Shown piece after piece: positions 13,040 to 25,200 of a stretch of 64,000 nt of DNA. Both the position numbers and the translations under genes were made by a program. Source of the DNA: Macrostomum lignano (taxonomy: Eukaryota); contig NIVC01000262.1 in the NCBI GenBank assembly GCA_002269645.1, positions 124,001 through 188,000 on the forward strand, given 5' to 3'. Within the stretch, counting starts at the first letter, position 1. Every line of letters begins with the position of its first letter. The notes below the pieces were generated by a model. The model was not told where the DNA came from. It saw only the letters and a program-made list of their open reading frames with translations, and did not search any database.

Positions 13040-13380
13040 TCTGAGATATAAAGGCTTACTTGGAGGACTGCTGAGATGTCAAGGCTTACTGGGGGAATCA
13101 CTGAGATATAAAGGCTTACTTGGAGGACTGCTGAGATGTCAAGGCTTACTGGGGGAATCACTGAGATATAAAGGCTTACTTGGAGGACTGCTGAGATGTC
13201 AAGGCTTACTGGGGGAATCACTGAGATATAAAGGCTTACTTGGAGGACTGCTGAGATGTCAAGGCTTACTGGGGGAATCACTGAGATATAAAGGCTTACT
13301 TGGAGGACTGCTGAGATGTCAAGGCTTACTGGGGGAATCACTGAGATATAAAGGCTTACTTGGAGGACTGCTGAGATGTC
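13040..13380 (+). repeat. 60-bp higher-order repeat (two 30-bp minisatellite A variants), ~5.5 near-perfect copies
   Basis: Sequence lines 13081-13321 are identical at 60-bp period. Confidence 0.95.
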
Positions 13381-13944
13381 AAATCTTGGCGGGGGAATTC
13401 CTGAAATTTCAAGTCTTGAGAGCGAATTGCTGAGATGTCAAAGCTTAAGAGAGAATGAACTGAGGTGTCAAGGCTTGGGGGGAATTGTTGAGATGTCAAG
13501 TCTTGGGGGGGGGGTGGGAATTCTGTGGATTGGGGATTCCTTCCATGAGGGCTGCTTCTAATGGATATCTTTAGATAGGTGATTCATTGGGAAATTCCAT
13601 TGATGGGGTATTCTTTAGATGAAGGATTCTTTGGCCTAGTATTTTATTGTTGGGGGATTATTTAGATGGGAGATTCTTTGGATTCTTTAGATGGAGATTA
13701 TTTGGAGTATGATTCTTTGGATTATTTGGACGGGGTTCTTTAGATGAGGGGACTCAGATTCAGATTCTTCGGATTCAATGATTCTTTTGATGAAGGTTTA
13801 TTTCGATTGGATGAGTGAATCTTTGCATTATTTTTATCGGAATTCTGTGGATGGGGATTATTTTTATCGGAATTCTGTGGATGGGGATTATTTTTATCGG
13901 AATTCTGTGGATGGGGATTATTTTAATCGGAATTCTGTGGATGG

Positions 13945-14990
13945 GGGGATTCTTTGGATAGGGATGGATGGGGATTCTTTGGATAGGGATGGATGGGGAT
14001 TCTTTGGATAGGGATGGATGGGGATTCTTTGGATAGGGATGGATGGGGATTCTTTGGATATGGATTGATGGGGGGATTCTTTGGATTGGGATGGATGGGG
14101 GGATTCTTTGGATAGGGATGGATGGGGATTCTTTGGATAGGGATGGATGGGGATTCTTTGGATAGGGATGGATGGGGATTCTTTGGATAGGGATGGATGG
14201 GGATTCTTTGGATAGGGATGGATGGGGATTCTTTGGATATGGATTGATGGGGATTCTTTGGATAGGGATGGATGGGGGATTCTTTGGATTGGGATGGATG
14301 GGGGATTCTTTGGATAGGGATGGATGGGGGATTCTTTAGATAGGGATTGATGGGGGGGATTCTTTGGATAGGGATGGATGGGGATTCTTTGGATAGGGAT
14401 GGATGGGGGATTCTTTGGATAGAGATGGATGGGGGATTCTTTGGATAGGGATGGATGGGGGGATTCTTTGGATTGGGATGGATGGGGGATTCTTTGGATA
14501 GGGATGGATGGGGATTCTTTGGATAGGGATGGATGGGGATTCTTTGGATAGGGATGGATGGGGATTCTTTGGATAGGGATGGATGGGGGGATTCTTTGGA
14601 TTGGGATGGATGGGGGATTCTTTGGATAGGGATGGATAGGGGGATTCTTTGGATAGGGATGGATGGGGGATTCTTTGGATAGGGATGGATGGGGGGATTC
14701 TTTGGATAGGGATGGATGGGGGATTCTTTGGATAGGGATGGATGGGGATTCTTTGGATAGGGATGGATGGGGGATTCTTTGGATAGGGATTGATGGGGGG
14801 ATTCTTTGGATTGGGATGGATGGGGGATTCTTTGGATAGGGATGGATAGGGGGATTCTTTGGATAGGGATGGATGGGGGATTCTTTGGATAGGGATGGAT
14901 GGGGAATTCTTTGGATAGGGATGGATGGGGGATTCTTTGGATAGGGATGGATGGGGGGATTCTTTGGATAGGGATAGATGGGGGATTCAT
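13945..14990 (+). repeat. Minisatellite B array, ~25-27-bp GGATTCTTTGGATAGGGATGGATGGG(G)
   Basis: About 1 kb of homogeneous tandem copies. ORFs 13918-15057 and 13923-14990 are repeat artefacts. Confidence 0.95.
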
Positions 14991-15482
14991 TGGAAGGAGA
15001 ATTCTTCGGATCGGGGATTCTATCGATGGGGGTTCTTTGGATGGGGATTCTCTGCATGTGAGATTCTTTGTATCGTGGATTCTATGGGTGGTGGATTCTT
15101 TGGATGGGGGATTCTTTAAATTTGAGATTCAGTTGGGTGAAATTTTATTGCGTGGAAAAACTGTGTTTGGAGTTTGGACGAATAGCCCCAACGGGGGTTG
15201 GAATTGGCTAGCTGAGGAAATTGTTTCACTAATCATGGTGGGGGTACTTTCTATCAGGGGATGCTTGCTCGGAAGAGAATTCTAAGATGTCAAGATTTAC
15301 AGGGGGAATTATTGAAATACATGTATAAAATCTTACCTATTGGAATTAATGAGATGTGAAAGCTTAAGAGGGACTTGCTGAGATGCAAGGCTTAAGAGGG
15401 ACTTGCTGAGATGCAAGACTTGTGGGGGAGAATTGCTGAGACTTCAAGGCTTAACGGGGAACTGCTGAGATGTCAAGGCTTC

Positions 15483-15750
15483 GGACGGGGAGAAATTGGT
15501 AAGATGTCAAGGCTTCGGACGGGGAGAAATTGGTAAGATGTCAAGGCTTTGGACGGGGAGAAATTGGTAAGATGTCAAGGCGTTGGACAGGGAGAAATTG
15601 GTAAGATGTCAAGGCTTTGGACGGGGAGAAATTGGTAAGATGTCAAGGCTTTGGACGGGGAGAAATTGGTAAGATGTCAAGGCTTTGGACGGGGAGAAAT
15701 TGGTAAGATGTCAAGGCTTTGGACGGGGAGAAATTGGTAAGATGTCAAGG
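15483..15750 (+). repeat. 34-bp minisatellite A variant (GGACGGGGAGAAATTGGTAAGATGTCAAGGCTTT) x ~8
   Basis: Direct tandem periodicity. Confidence 0.93.
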
Positions 15751-16610
15751 CTTGGGGGGGATTTTATGAGGTGTCGAGGCTCGGGGGAATTGCTGAGATG
15801 TTAAGTTTTGGGGGGAATTCTATGGATTGATGATTCTTTGGATGAGGGATGCTTCTAATGGATATCTTTGGATAGGTGATTCATTAGGGAATTCCTTTGA
15901 TGGGGCATTGTTTCGATGGAAGGTTTTTCGAATGGTTGATTCTTTAGATGAAGGATTCGTTAGATGGGGGTTATTTGGACGGGGGTTCTTTAGATGAGGG
16001 GATTCTTTGGCCAAGAATTCTATTAATAGGATGATTATTTGGATGGGAGATTCTTTGGATTCGTTGGATGGGGATTATTCGGACGGGGTTCTTTAGATGA
16101 GGGAATTCTTTGGCCAATTATTTCTTTGATGGCGGATTATTTCGATGGGAGATCTATGGATTATTTAGATGGGAGATCTATGGTTTATTTAGATGGGGAT
16201 TATGATGTGAATTATTTGGACGGGGATTCATTGGGGGGATTCTTTGGATATGGATGGATGGGGGATTCTTTAGGTAGGAATGAATGAGGAAATTCTTTGG
16301 ATAGGAATGAATAAGGAAATTCTTTGGATAGGGATGGATGGAGGATTCTTTATATTTGGATTCTGTGGATGAGGGATTCTTTGGATGGGGATTCTGTGGA
16401 TGAGGGATTCTTTGGATGGGGATTCTTTAGATAGGGGCTTCTGTAGATCGGAGATTTCTTGAGTAGGGGATTCATTGAATGGGGAATTATTCGGATTCTT
16501 TGCATGTGAGATTCTTTGCATCGGGGATTTTGTGAATGGGGAAAACTGTGGTTGGAGTTTGGACGGAAAGCCCCAACGGGGGTTGGTATTGGCTAGTCTA
16601 TATACTAATT

Positions 16611-19600
16611 TCCAATATACTAAAAATCAAAACTATGTACCTACCTACCTACCTACCTACCTATCTATATATCTATAGGAACCTTCGTTTAACTTGACTT
16701 TGCGTGGCCCGAATTTCGTGGGGTTTTCTGCATTCGATGCGTATTGATGGTGCGCTGGTACACATAATTTTGCTAAGAAATTGCTTCATTTTTTAGGGAT
16801 TAAATATTCGAAAAACTCGACTTTTGTCCGTTTTTTTAAGTTCAAACAGTTTTTTCCGATTAAGAAGCGTTCTGACTGCCGATGGAATTGTATTGCATCA
16901 TAACTCAGTGCCAACTATAGAATTGGTTCTCTACACTCGCATGGAAAGCTACAAGCGTTGAAAGGTTGTGCAACACCTTTAAGTTATTGAAATTGGGGGG
17001 GGGAGGGTTTCGCCATTCAATTAGTCCTGAGCATTGCTTGGTTGTTAATTTCAATGCATCAACTTGAAAGCCTCTCACTGTAGCTGGCGCTGAATGTACA
17101 CCTTTTTAATTTGAATGCTTTAGAGCAGGAATGTTCAATCGTTGCTTGCGCTTTGAGTTTTTCACTTTCAGAAGAGAACCTTGTATTGCTAGAAAGAGCT
17201 TGGAACGCTGAGTTCGGGAATATAATTTGTTTTCTGAGATTCGAAAAATTAAGAGCACAGCATTAAAAAGAAGATTTTTATACTTTTTACTTTATATACT
17301 CATTGTACGCTCTTCCATATCGCAAACCCCTACTTTATCGCAACTCCGCAATTCAAGCCAGCGCCATTGTATTTAAATTTAGATTGCGTAACCATATTGT
17401 TCACTTTAATAGTTGACTTTAATAATTGAAACTGATATTGCCTGCCTGAGAAATTGATTATGTCATAACTTGCTTCGAGTGATTTCTATGCTTGGAGTTT
17501 TCAGTGTTGAATTATATATGTGCTACAATTCATGTTATCAAAACGATGAGTTAGCCTAGAGGTGAACAGACTGAACTGCTAATGCAGCGACGTGGGTTCG
17601 AATTTTTAGAGAGTAAAAGTTTTTTTATTAAAAATTTTAACTTAACGTCCGCTAAATCAGGTAAAAAAGAAGAAGCTACGAGCGTTCATGTATATTCAAA
17701 AAATTTTTTAAACTTAGAATTTTGAAAAGTATTATTGCACTAGATAAGAAACTAATTATTGTACTAGCTGAGTAAATTGTTTCACTGTCTTGCTTGGGTT
17801 ACTTTCTATCAGGGGATGCTTGCTATCGAAAGGACGCTTGCTCTTAGGGCATGCTTGATCGGCTGAGATTGCTAAGATGTCAAGACATACTGGGGAATTA
17901 TTCAGATATGCAGGCTTACTGGGGGAATTACTGAGATGTCAAGACTTAAAGGGACTTGCTGAGATGCCAAAAGGAAATTGCTGAGGTTTCAAGGCGTGGT
18001 GGAATTGTTGAGATGTCAAGTCTTGGGGGGAATTCTGTGGATTGGGGATTCCTTCCATGAGGGCTGCTTCTGATGGATATCATTAGATAGGTGATTCATT
18101 GGGAAATTCCATCGATGGGGGATTCTTTCGATGGAGGGTTCTTTGAATGGGGGATTCTTTAGATGGAGGATTCTCTCGATAAAGGGATCCTTTGGATATG
18201 ATGGGTTTGTTTGGACGGGGATTCTTTAGATGAGGGAATTCTTTAGCCCAGGATTTTATTGATGGGGGATTTTTTAGATGGGAGATTCTTTGGATTCTTT
18301 GGATGGAGATTATTAGGAGTATGATTCTTTGGATTATTTGGACGGGGTTCTTTAGATGAGGGGACTCAGATTCAGATTCTTCAGATTCAATGATTCTTTT
18401 GATGGAGGTTTATTTGGATGAGTGAATCTTTGCATTATTTTGATCGGGATTCTGGATGGGGATTATTTGGATTGGGATGGATGGGGATTCTTTGGATATG
18501 GATGGAGGTCGGGGATTCTTTGGATAGGGATGGATGGGGGATTCTTTGGATAGGGATGGATGGGGGATTCTTTGGATAGGGATGGATGGGGGATTCTTTG
18601 GATAGGGATGGATGGGGGGATTCTTTGGATAGGGATGGATAGGGGGATTCTTTGGATAGGGATGGATAGGGGGATTCTTTGGATAGGGATGGATGGGGGG
18701 ATTCTTTGGATAGGGATGGATGGGAGTATTCTTTGGATGGGGGATTCTTTGGATGGGGGATTCTTTGGATGGGGGATTCTTTGGATGGGGGATTCTTTGG
18801 ATGGGGGATTCTTTGGATGGGGGATTCTTTGGATGGGGGATTCTTTGGATGGGGGATTCTTTGGATGGGGGATTCTTTGGATGTCGGATTCTTTGGATGG
18901 GGGATTCTTTGGATGTGGGATTCTTTGGATGGGGGATTCTTTGGATGGGGGATTCTTTGGATGGGGGATTCTTTGGATGGGGGATTCTTTATGTGGGAGA
19001 TTCAGTTGGGTGAAATTTTATTGCGTGGGAAAACTGTGGCTGGAGTTTGGACGAAAAGCCCAACGGGGGTTGGAATTGGCTAGCTGAGGAAATGTTTCAC
19101 TAATCTTGCTGGGGGTACTTTCTATCAGAAGATGCTTGCTATCAGAAGGACGCTTGCTCTTAGGGGATGCTTGCTCGGAAGAGAATTCTAAGATGTCAAG
19201 ATTTACAGGGGGAATTATTGAGATACATGTATAAAATCTTACCTAGGGGAATTAATGAGATGTGAAGGCTTAGGGGTAAACTGCTGAGATGTCAAATCGT
19301 GTCGGGGAATTGCTGAGATGCCAAGGCTTAAGAGGGACTTGCTCACATGTCAAAGCTTGGGAGGAATTGCTAAGATGTCAAGAGTCAAGAGGGAGTTCCT
19401 GATATGTCAAGTCTTGGGAAGGAGAATTAACCAGATGTCAAGGCTAGGGGGAATTTCTGAGATGTCAAGGCTTGGGGGAATTGCTGAGATGTGAAGGCTT
19501 AAGAAGGAATTGCTGAAGTGTCAAGTCTTGGGGAGGGGAATCGCTGAGATGCCAAGGCTTTGGACGGAGAGAAATTGCTAAGATGTAAAGGCTTGCGCTG

Positions 19601-20366
19601 GAATTGCTGAGATGTCAATGCTTGGGGTAAATTTCTGAGGTGTCGAGTCTTGGGGGGATTTCTATGGATTGATGATTCTTTGGGTGAGGGATGCTTCTAA
19701 TGGATATCTTTGGATTGGTGATTCATTGGGGAATTCCTTCGATAGGGCATTGTTTCGATGGAGGGTTTTTTAAATGGGGATTATTTAGATGAAGGATTCT
19801 TTAGATAAGGGTTATTTTCACGGGGTTTCTTTAGATTAGGAAAATCTTTGGCCATGAATTCTATTAATTGGGGGATTATTTGGTGGGGGATCTATGGATT
19901 ATTTAGATGGGATTCTGTGGATTGGGATTATGATGTGAATTATTTGGATGGGGATTCTTTGGCGGGGGATTCATTGGATATGGATGGATGTGGGATTCTT
20001 TAGATAGGAATGGATGGGGAAATTTTTTTGATAGGGATGGATGGGGGGATTCTTTGGATAGGGATGGATGGAGGATTCTTTGGATGGGGATTCTGTGGAT
20101 GAGGGATTCTTTGGATGGGGATTCTTCAGATAGGGGCTTCTGTAGACGGGGGATTTCTTGAGTAAAGGATTCATTGGATGGGGAATTCTTCAGATGGGAG
20201 GATTCCTTGAATGGGGAATTCTTCGGATCAATGATTCTACCGATGGGGGTTCTTTGGATGGGGGGTTCTTTGCATGTGAGATTCTTAGCATCGGGGATTT
20301 TGTGGATGGGGAAAACTGTGGTTGGAGTTCGGACGGAAAGCCCCAACGGGGGTTGGAATTGGCTAG
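16611..20366 (+). mobile_element. Non-autonomous Helitron, family I, unit 4
   Basis: TCCAATATACTAAAAATC start, tRNA-like module at 17545-17604, internal bypassed end at 19080-19083, terminal hairpin+CTAG at 20363-20366. Flanked by the 14-bp direct repeat TCTATATACTAATT. Confidence 0.88.
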
Positions 20367-20394
20367 TCTATATACTAATTTTGCGCTGTATTCG

Positions 20395-20430
<36 letters not shown>

Positions 20431-21189
20431 TGTAATTGATTTTTTCGAGAATGGCTCAACCGATTCTCTTCAAACTTGCACCATTCGATCAGAAATTTTC
20501 CTGGGATGGTGCATGCATCTTGGCTAAGAAATTGATCAATATTAAAGGGATTAAATATTCGAAAAACATCATTTTCTGCAAAGGTCAAGCAGCTCTTTCG
20601 ACCTGAAATGCGCATTGTAAGACAGCTAGAGAAAAACTAGAGAAAAACCTGACTGACTGAATTTCAATTCTGATAAAGACAGCAAGTTGAAAACAGTGCC
20701 AAAGAAATGCACACACGACTTTAAATTGCGTAACCATATTGCTAACTTAAATTGAGACTGATACTGGCTGACTGAGAAATTGATTATGTCATAACTTCTT
20801 ACTCTCTTACTTCTTAACCTCTTACATTGTTACTGTACATTTTACTGCATGTGCATACAGGCTGCCAGTGCCCACCCTCGCTGCTATATTATTCATTCAG
20901 CTTGGCTGATGCAGAAAGGTGGGTCTCACTCTCACATGTCGTTGCAGTGAGAGATGAAATGAAATATATAGTGTTGGTTTTGTGCACTGGAATTATTCTT
21001 TTTTGGTGCCCATGGGTACTCACACGACTGACGTACTGCAAATTGCAAATTTGCGATGTGAATTGGCCCTATGCTCAAGATATCATTTTGCTATCCATAA
21101 ATTAGCCATATGCCTGCTATCCTAATAATTTTTGGCGATGACTCGACGTGGTGCAAGCGGTGTAAAGAAAGCAGGTGAGGCTAAGCGAA

Positions 21190-21470
21190 GGCGGCTTGCC
21201 GAAACGGAAGCTGATAGGGATGCTCGTCTGCAAGCAGGTCGTGAGCGAGACGCTGCCCGAAGAGCTGCCCAAAGAGCTGCCGAAACGGAAGCTGATAGGG
21301 ATGCTCGTCTGCAAGCAGGTCGTGAGCGAGACGCTGCCCGAAGAGCTGCCCAAAGAGCTGCCGAAACGGAAGCTGATAGGGATGCTCGTCTGCAAGCAGG
21401 TCGTGAGCGAGACGCTGCCCAAAGAGCTGCCGAGACGGAAGCTGATAGGAATGCTCGTCTGCAAACAGGA
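21190..21470 (+). repeat. 81-bp coding tandem repeat (27 aa, AETEADRDARLQAGRERDAARRAAQRA) in RepHel exon 1
   Basis: In-frame repeat in ORF 21132-21581; charged, coiled-coil-like. Confidence 0.85.
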
Positions 21471-21750
21471 CGCGAGCGACAGAAAGAACGAAGAGCTTCT
21501 GAAGTGGACCATGAGCGTGAGGCTCGCTTGGAGGCTGATCAGTTAAGGAGGCGTCGTTGTACTCTTTATCATGACGTGTAAGTTGAATTAGTTTGTCTTA
21601 TTGAGTTTTAAAAAATGAGGTTAGATTAATGACGGAGTTCATTAGATGTAGAATGTAGAGAGCCTTTGTTCGCCCCCTGTGCGCTGATTATCATTTTTTG
21701 TCATCCTAGCAGCTTATTTGTTGTTGTTGTTGTTTGTTGATTGTGGATAG

Positions 21751-22263
21751 CACTCCATCCTTCAGTGCCGTGTCTGTGCCCAGGCATGTGCCCCTCAGTG
21801 CTTCACAAGTGACACGTGTGGCAGGCGACGGCAACTGCTGGTATCACGCGGTTGCTGACCAGCTGAGAGGAACTCCAATTTACGTGGAGCATCAGCAGCT
21901 ACGAAGAACTATGGCTGACCGTGTACGTCCCCTATTGGAAGCTCGAGCTAATCTGCTTCATGCTCAGGGTCTGACAGTGGTGCATGTGATCCAGGATACG
22001 GAGCGTAACAGTGTCGAAGTTCATGACTGTGTTGCCTCTCTTCTGCACGAATTGCTGGATGTCAATTTTGCCATTTACCAACTTGATGACAATGATCACA
22101 GCCGGCTGCAATTAGTGGAAGATGGGTTCGCAGCCACCCAGCCTCCAGTGGCCACAGTGCGACTTCTGTTTAACCGGCACCTGCGACACTACGACTCGTT
22201 GCGTATAGTTGATACCTCTGAAGCGAGGCAGCCAACTGTCTGCTGTAAGCTGCCTGATTTTAG
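21751..22263 (+). CDS. OTU-like cysteine protease domain exon (part of the RepHel gene)
   Basis: GDGNCWYHAVADQL catalytic-Cys motif and RHYDSL His motif. Flanking splice sites are phase 2 on both sides. Confidence 0.8.
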
Positions 22264-25200
22264 GTAAGTCATCTTCTATGACCGTTTTCGTTGTGCTGAT
22301 GCGCTCAATGTATTTTTCGCTTCCACTGAATTGTATTTTGCTGCATTAATAGTATTGCCGCACTGTACGGCCTGTATTACGACTCATATTATTACGGCTG
22401 CTAGGATGACAAAGAATGATAATCGATCATTTCATTGCATTGAAATTTGGTAGGCCCATTTCCTTTCCTGTCGCCAGCTCAAGCGGTGTCTCCAGCTTAA
22501 AGCGCCCTCCAGCGCCCTCAAGTCGAGATCGCGCTGGGACAGACAGTCCTGGGAGATGCCAAGTTGGTGCAGCAGCCGGTGGACAACCTGTTCGACCTGT
22601 GTAGGTTGCTGGTTTTTATTTTTCTTTTTAATTTCAGTCACATATTTACCTATAACATTAGCTAGAACTAGAATGGTAGTATGATAGTAGTATGGTAGTA
22701 GAATGGTGGTACCTGTAACATTGTCTCTCTCATGTGTACTCCATGCTCCCATGTCTTTTCTCCTTCATCTATCCTTCAAATTAGGACGAAGTAAATTGGA
22801 ACTTTAACAAGAAATGCACAGAGGTTCTATTTGCGTTAAGAAACCTGTTTTGTGGATACTTTTTTACTTCTGCTTGATTGCTTTTCTGATTGAGAATTTC
22901 GAACTTCGACCGATGCAAAAAGAAACTACGTCTCGGCCTCAGTTAGTCCCCTTTTTATTTCTTATTTCCTCTTTCTCAGTTTGAAATTTGCATTTGCATT
23001 CGCCGTTTGCATTTTGGAAAAAAATGTGGTTTTATTACATTTTTGTTATAAAAGACCATCGGCAGCAGCTCATCGAGCCTATCGCATGGAGACGTCCTGT
23101 CCGCGTTGCGGTGCTCTGAAGTGGAAGCTGGAGACACCCGGTCTTTGCTGCTGCAATGGGAAAGTTCGAATTGAGCCGCTCAGTGTTCCCGAAGAGCTCA
23201 GGCAGCTGTACCAAGGCGTGCATGTAAAAAGCAGCGTCTTCCTGCAGAACATCCGGAAGTACAACGCAGCGCTGCACATGACGTCTTTCGGAGTGAAGGA
23301 ACGGCAAATGCCAGGCGGCTGCGCCAGCGTCATAATCAACGGCAAGCTGCACCATAGAATCGGCAGTCTGCTGCCTCAGAAGGATGCTCCGGCCAAGTTC
23401 ATGCAGATTTTCTTCTGCGACTCGGAGCTGGACACGCGAATGTCTATGGTACAAGGACTGGATCGAGATCTGCTGCAGCTACTACAAGGCGTTCTGCATC
23501 GCGAGAACTCGTATGTGCGCACCTTCAAGGCCGTTATTGATGCGGTCAAGGAGAAGCCTGAGTTGCGGCAAGCGTCTATTGTGTTTCACGCTGACAAAAA
23601 AACTAAGGAAGGGCATATAAAGTGAGTATGTTATTAATGAATAAAGTGTTTCCATTTGTACTGTACAATGCTACTTATAGTAGGACGTGCCGAATGAGTG
23701 ATTAATATTGGTTATTTAGCTATATCCTTTTTATCACTTATCAAAATACAGGCAGTTTAATAAGCCGGCGTACAACGAAGTGGCTGTTTTGCTTCCGACT
23801 GACAATGTGAACAGTGACGAGTGCGTAAAGAGGCGCGACATCATCGTTAGCCTGCAAGATGGAGGCGCAGTGAAGCGAGTAGACGAGACCCACCGCAGCT
23901 ACGATGCCCTGGAGTATGTGCTTTTCCATGCTCGGGGCGAAGACGGCTGGTTTCTTGGCAGGACAAACCCGAATGGCTCTAGGCTGACACCCCGTGCTAT
24001 GTATGCTTATATGCTGATGGTCCGGCCCGGGGTGTTCAGCCCCATGCACTATGGTCGGCGGCTGTTTCAACAGTACATTGTCGACCAAGCTGCCAAAATC
24101 GAGAGTGAGCGGCTGAACTACATCTCCAGTCACCAAGAAGATTTGCGCTCGGAGACCTACAGTGGTTTGAGAGACGCCCTGATTGTTGAGCAAGTGGATT
24201 CAAGCAGAGTCGGGCAGCGGGTGACGGTGCTGCCCTCCACGTTTGTGGGCGGAGCCAGGTACATGCGGGAGCGACAGCAGGACGCTCTTTGCTATGTGCA
24301 GAAATTTGGCCGGCCAGAACTGTTTATCACCATGACAGCCAATCCTCAATGGGAGGAGATCGTGCAGGCGCTGCTACCCAACCAGAGTCCTTCTGACAGA
24401 CCCGACCTGGTCATGCGTGTTTTCGACCTAAAGAAGAAGGCACTGATGAAGAGAATCAAGACGTTGTTTGGCGTGGAGATTGCCCATGTTCTCTCGCTGG
24501 AATACCAGAAAAGGGGTGAGGAAACTATTACTCTTGGTTTATCACGCTTTCATTTTTAAGCATTAAAGTCACTTATTTTAACAAAGATCATAAGAGAGAT
24601 CGAATTTTTATCTCCTATGTATGTTTGTACGCTCTATTTTACTTTTCCGCAGGCCTTCCTCACGTTCATGTTCTGCTATGGCTGGCTCCGCAGCACAAGG
24701 TGACGCCTGATCGCTATGACGCAGTAGTTTGCGCTGAAATTCCAAGTATTCAAGAAGATCCTGAGCTGCACTGGCTGGTTGTGGACAACATGCTCCACGG
24801 ACCGTGCGGTCAGCTGAACCCGAAGTGCGTGTGCATGGAGAACAATGTGTGCACCAAGGGATTTCCAAAGGAGTTCCAGACTGCCACGATTGTTAACGAT
24901 GACGGCTACCCGTTCTACAGACGGAGGTCCCCTGAGGCTGGAGGATTTACTGGCAGGAAAATGTTTCGAGGCAAGGAGATTGTGATGGATAACCGGTGAG
25001 TGGAGAATGTAATAATTGTATTTAAATGTGTTGTGTATGCGTTAAGTGTTGTAAGTTTAGGTTTTTTAGGTTTTATCAATGTTGTTCATATTTTTTAAAA
25101 TTTACTATAAGTCTTAAAGACGAGAAAAACAGTATTTCAATACATTACTGATTGCATGGATTAATATTTAAGAATGGTATTTTAACACCCTTTGGTAGGT

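Larger units (their letters stand above)
12045..16596 (+). mobile_element. Non-autonomous Helitron, family I, unit 3
   Basis: TC start after CTAG, internal bypassed end at 15208-15211, terminal hairpin+CTAG at 16593-16596. The backbone has lost the tRNA-like module by deletion near 12780. Confidence 0.88.

Noticed and set aside
1519-20346. Dozens of long ORFs (MIWARLAIHS.., PIHPYPKNPP.., MDGGFFGYGW..)
   Set aside because: They are translations of satellite and minisatellite arrays lacking stops in some frames; no domain content and present on both strands.
3853-20366. Classifying family I as Helentron-associated (HINE/DINE-like) elements
   Set aside because: Ends are 5' TC and 3' hairpin+CTAG with an A|T target at 3852/3853; no subterminal inverted repeats or TT target were seen.
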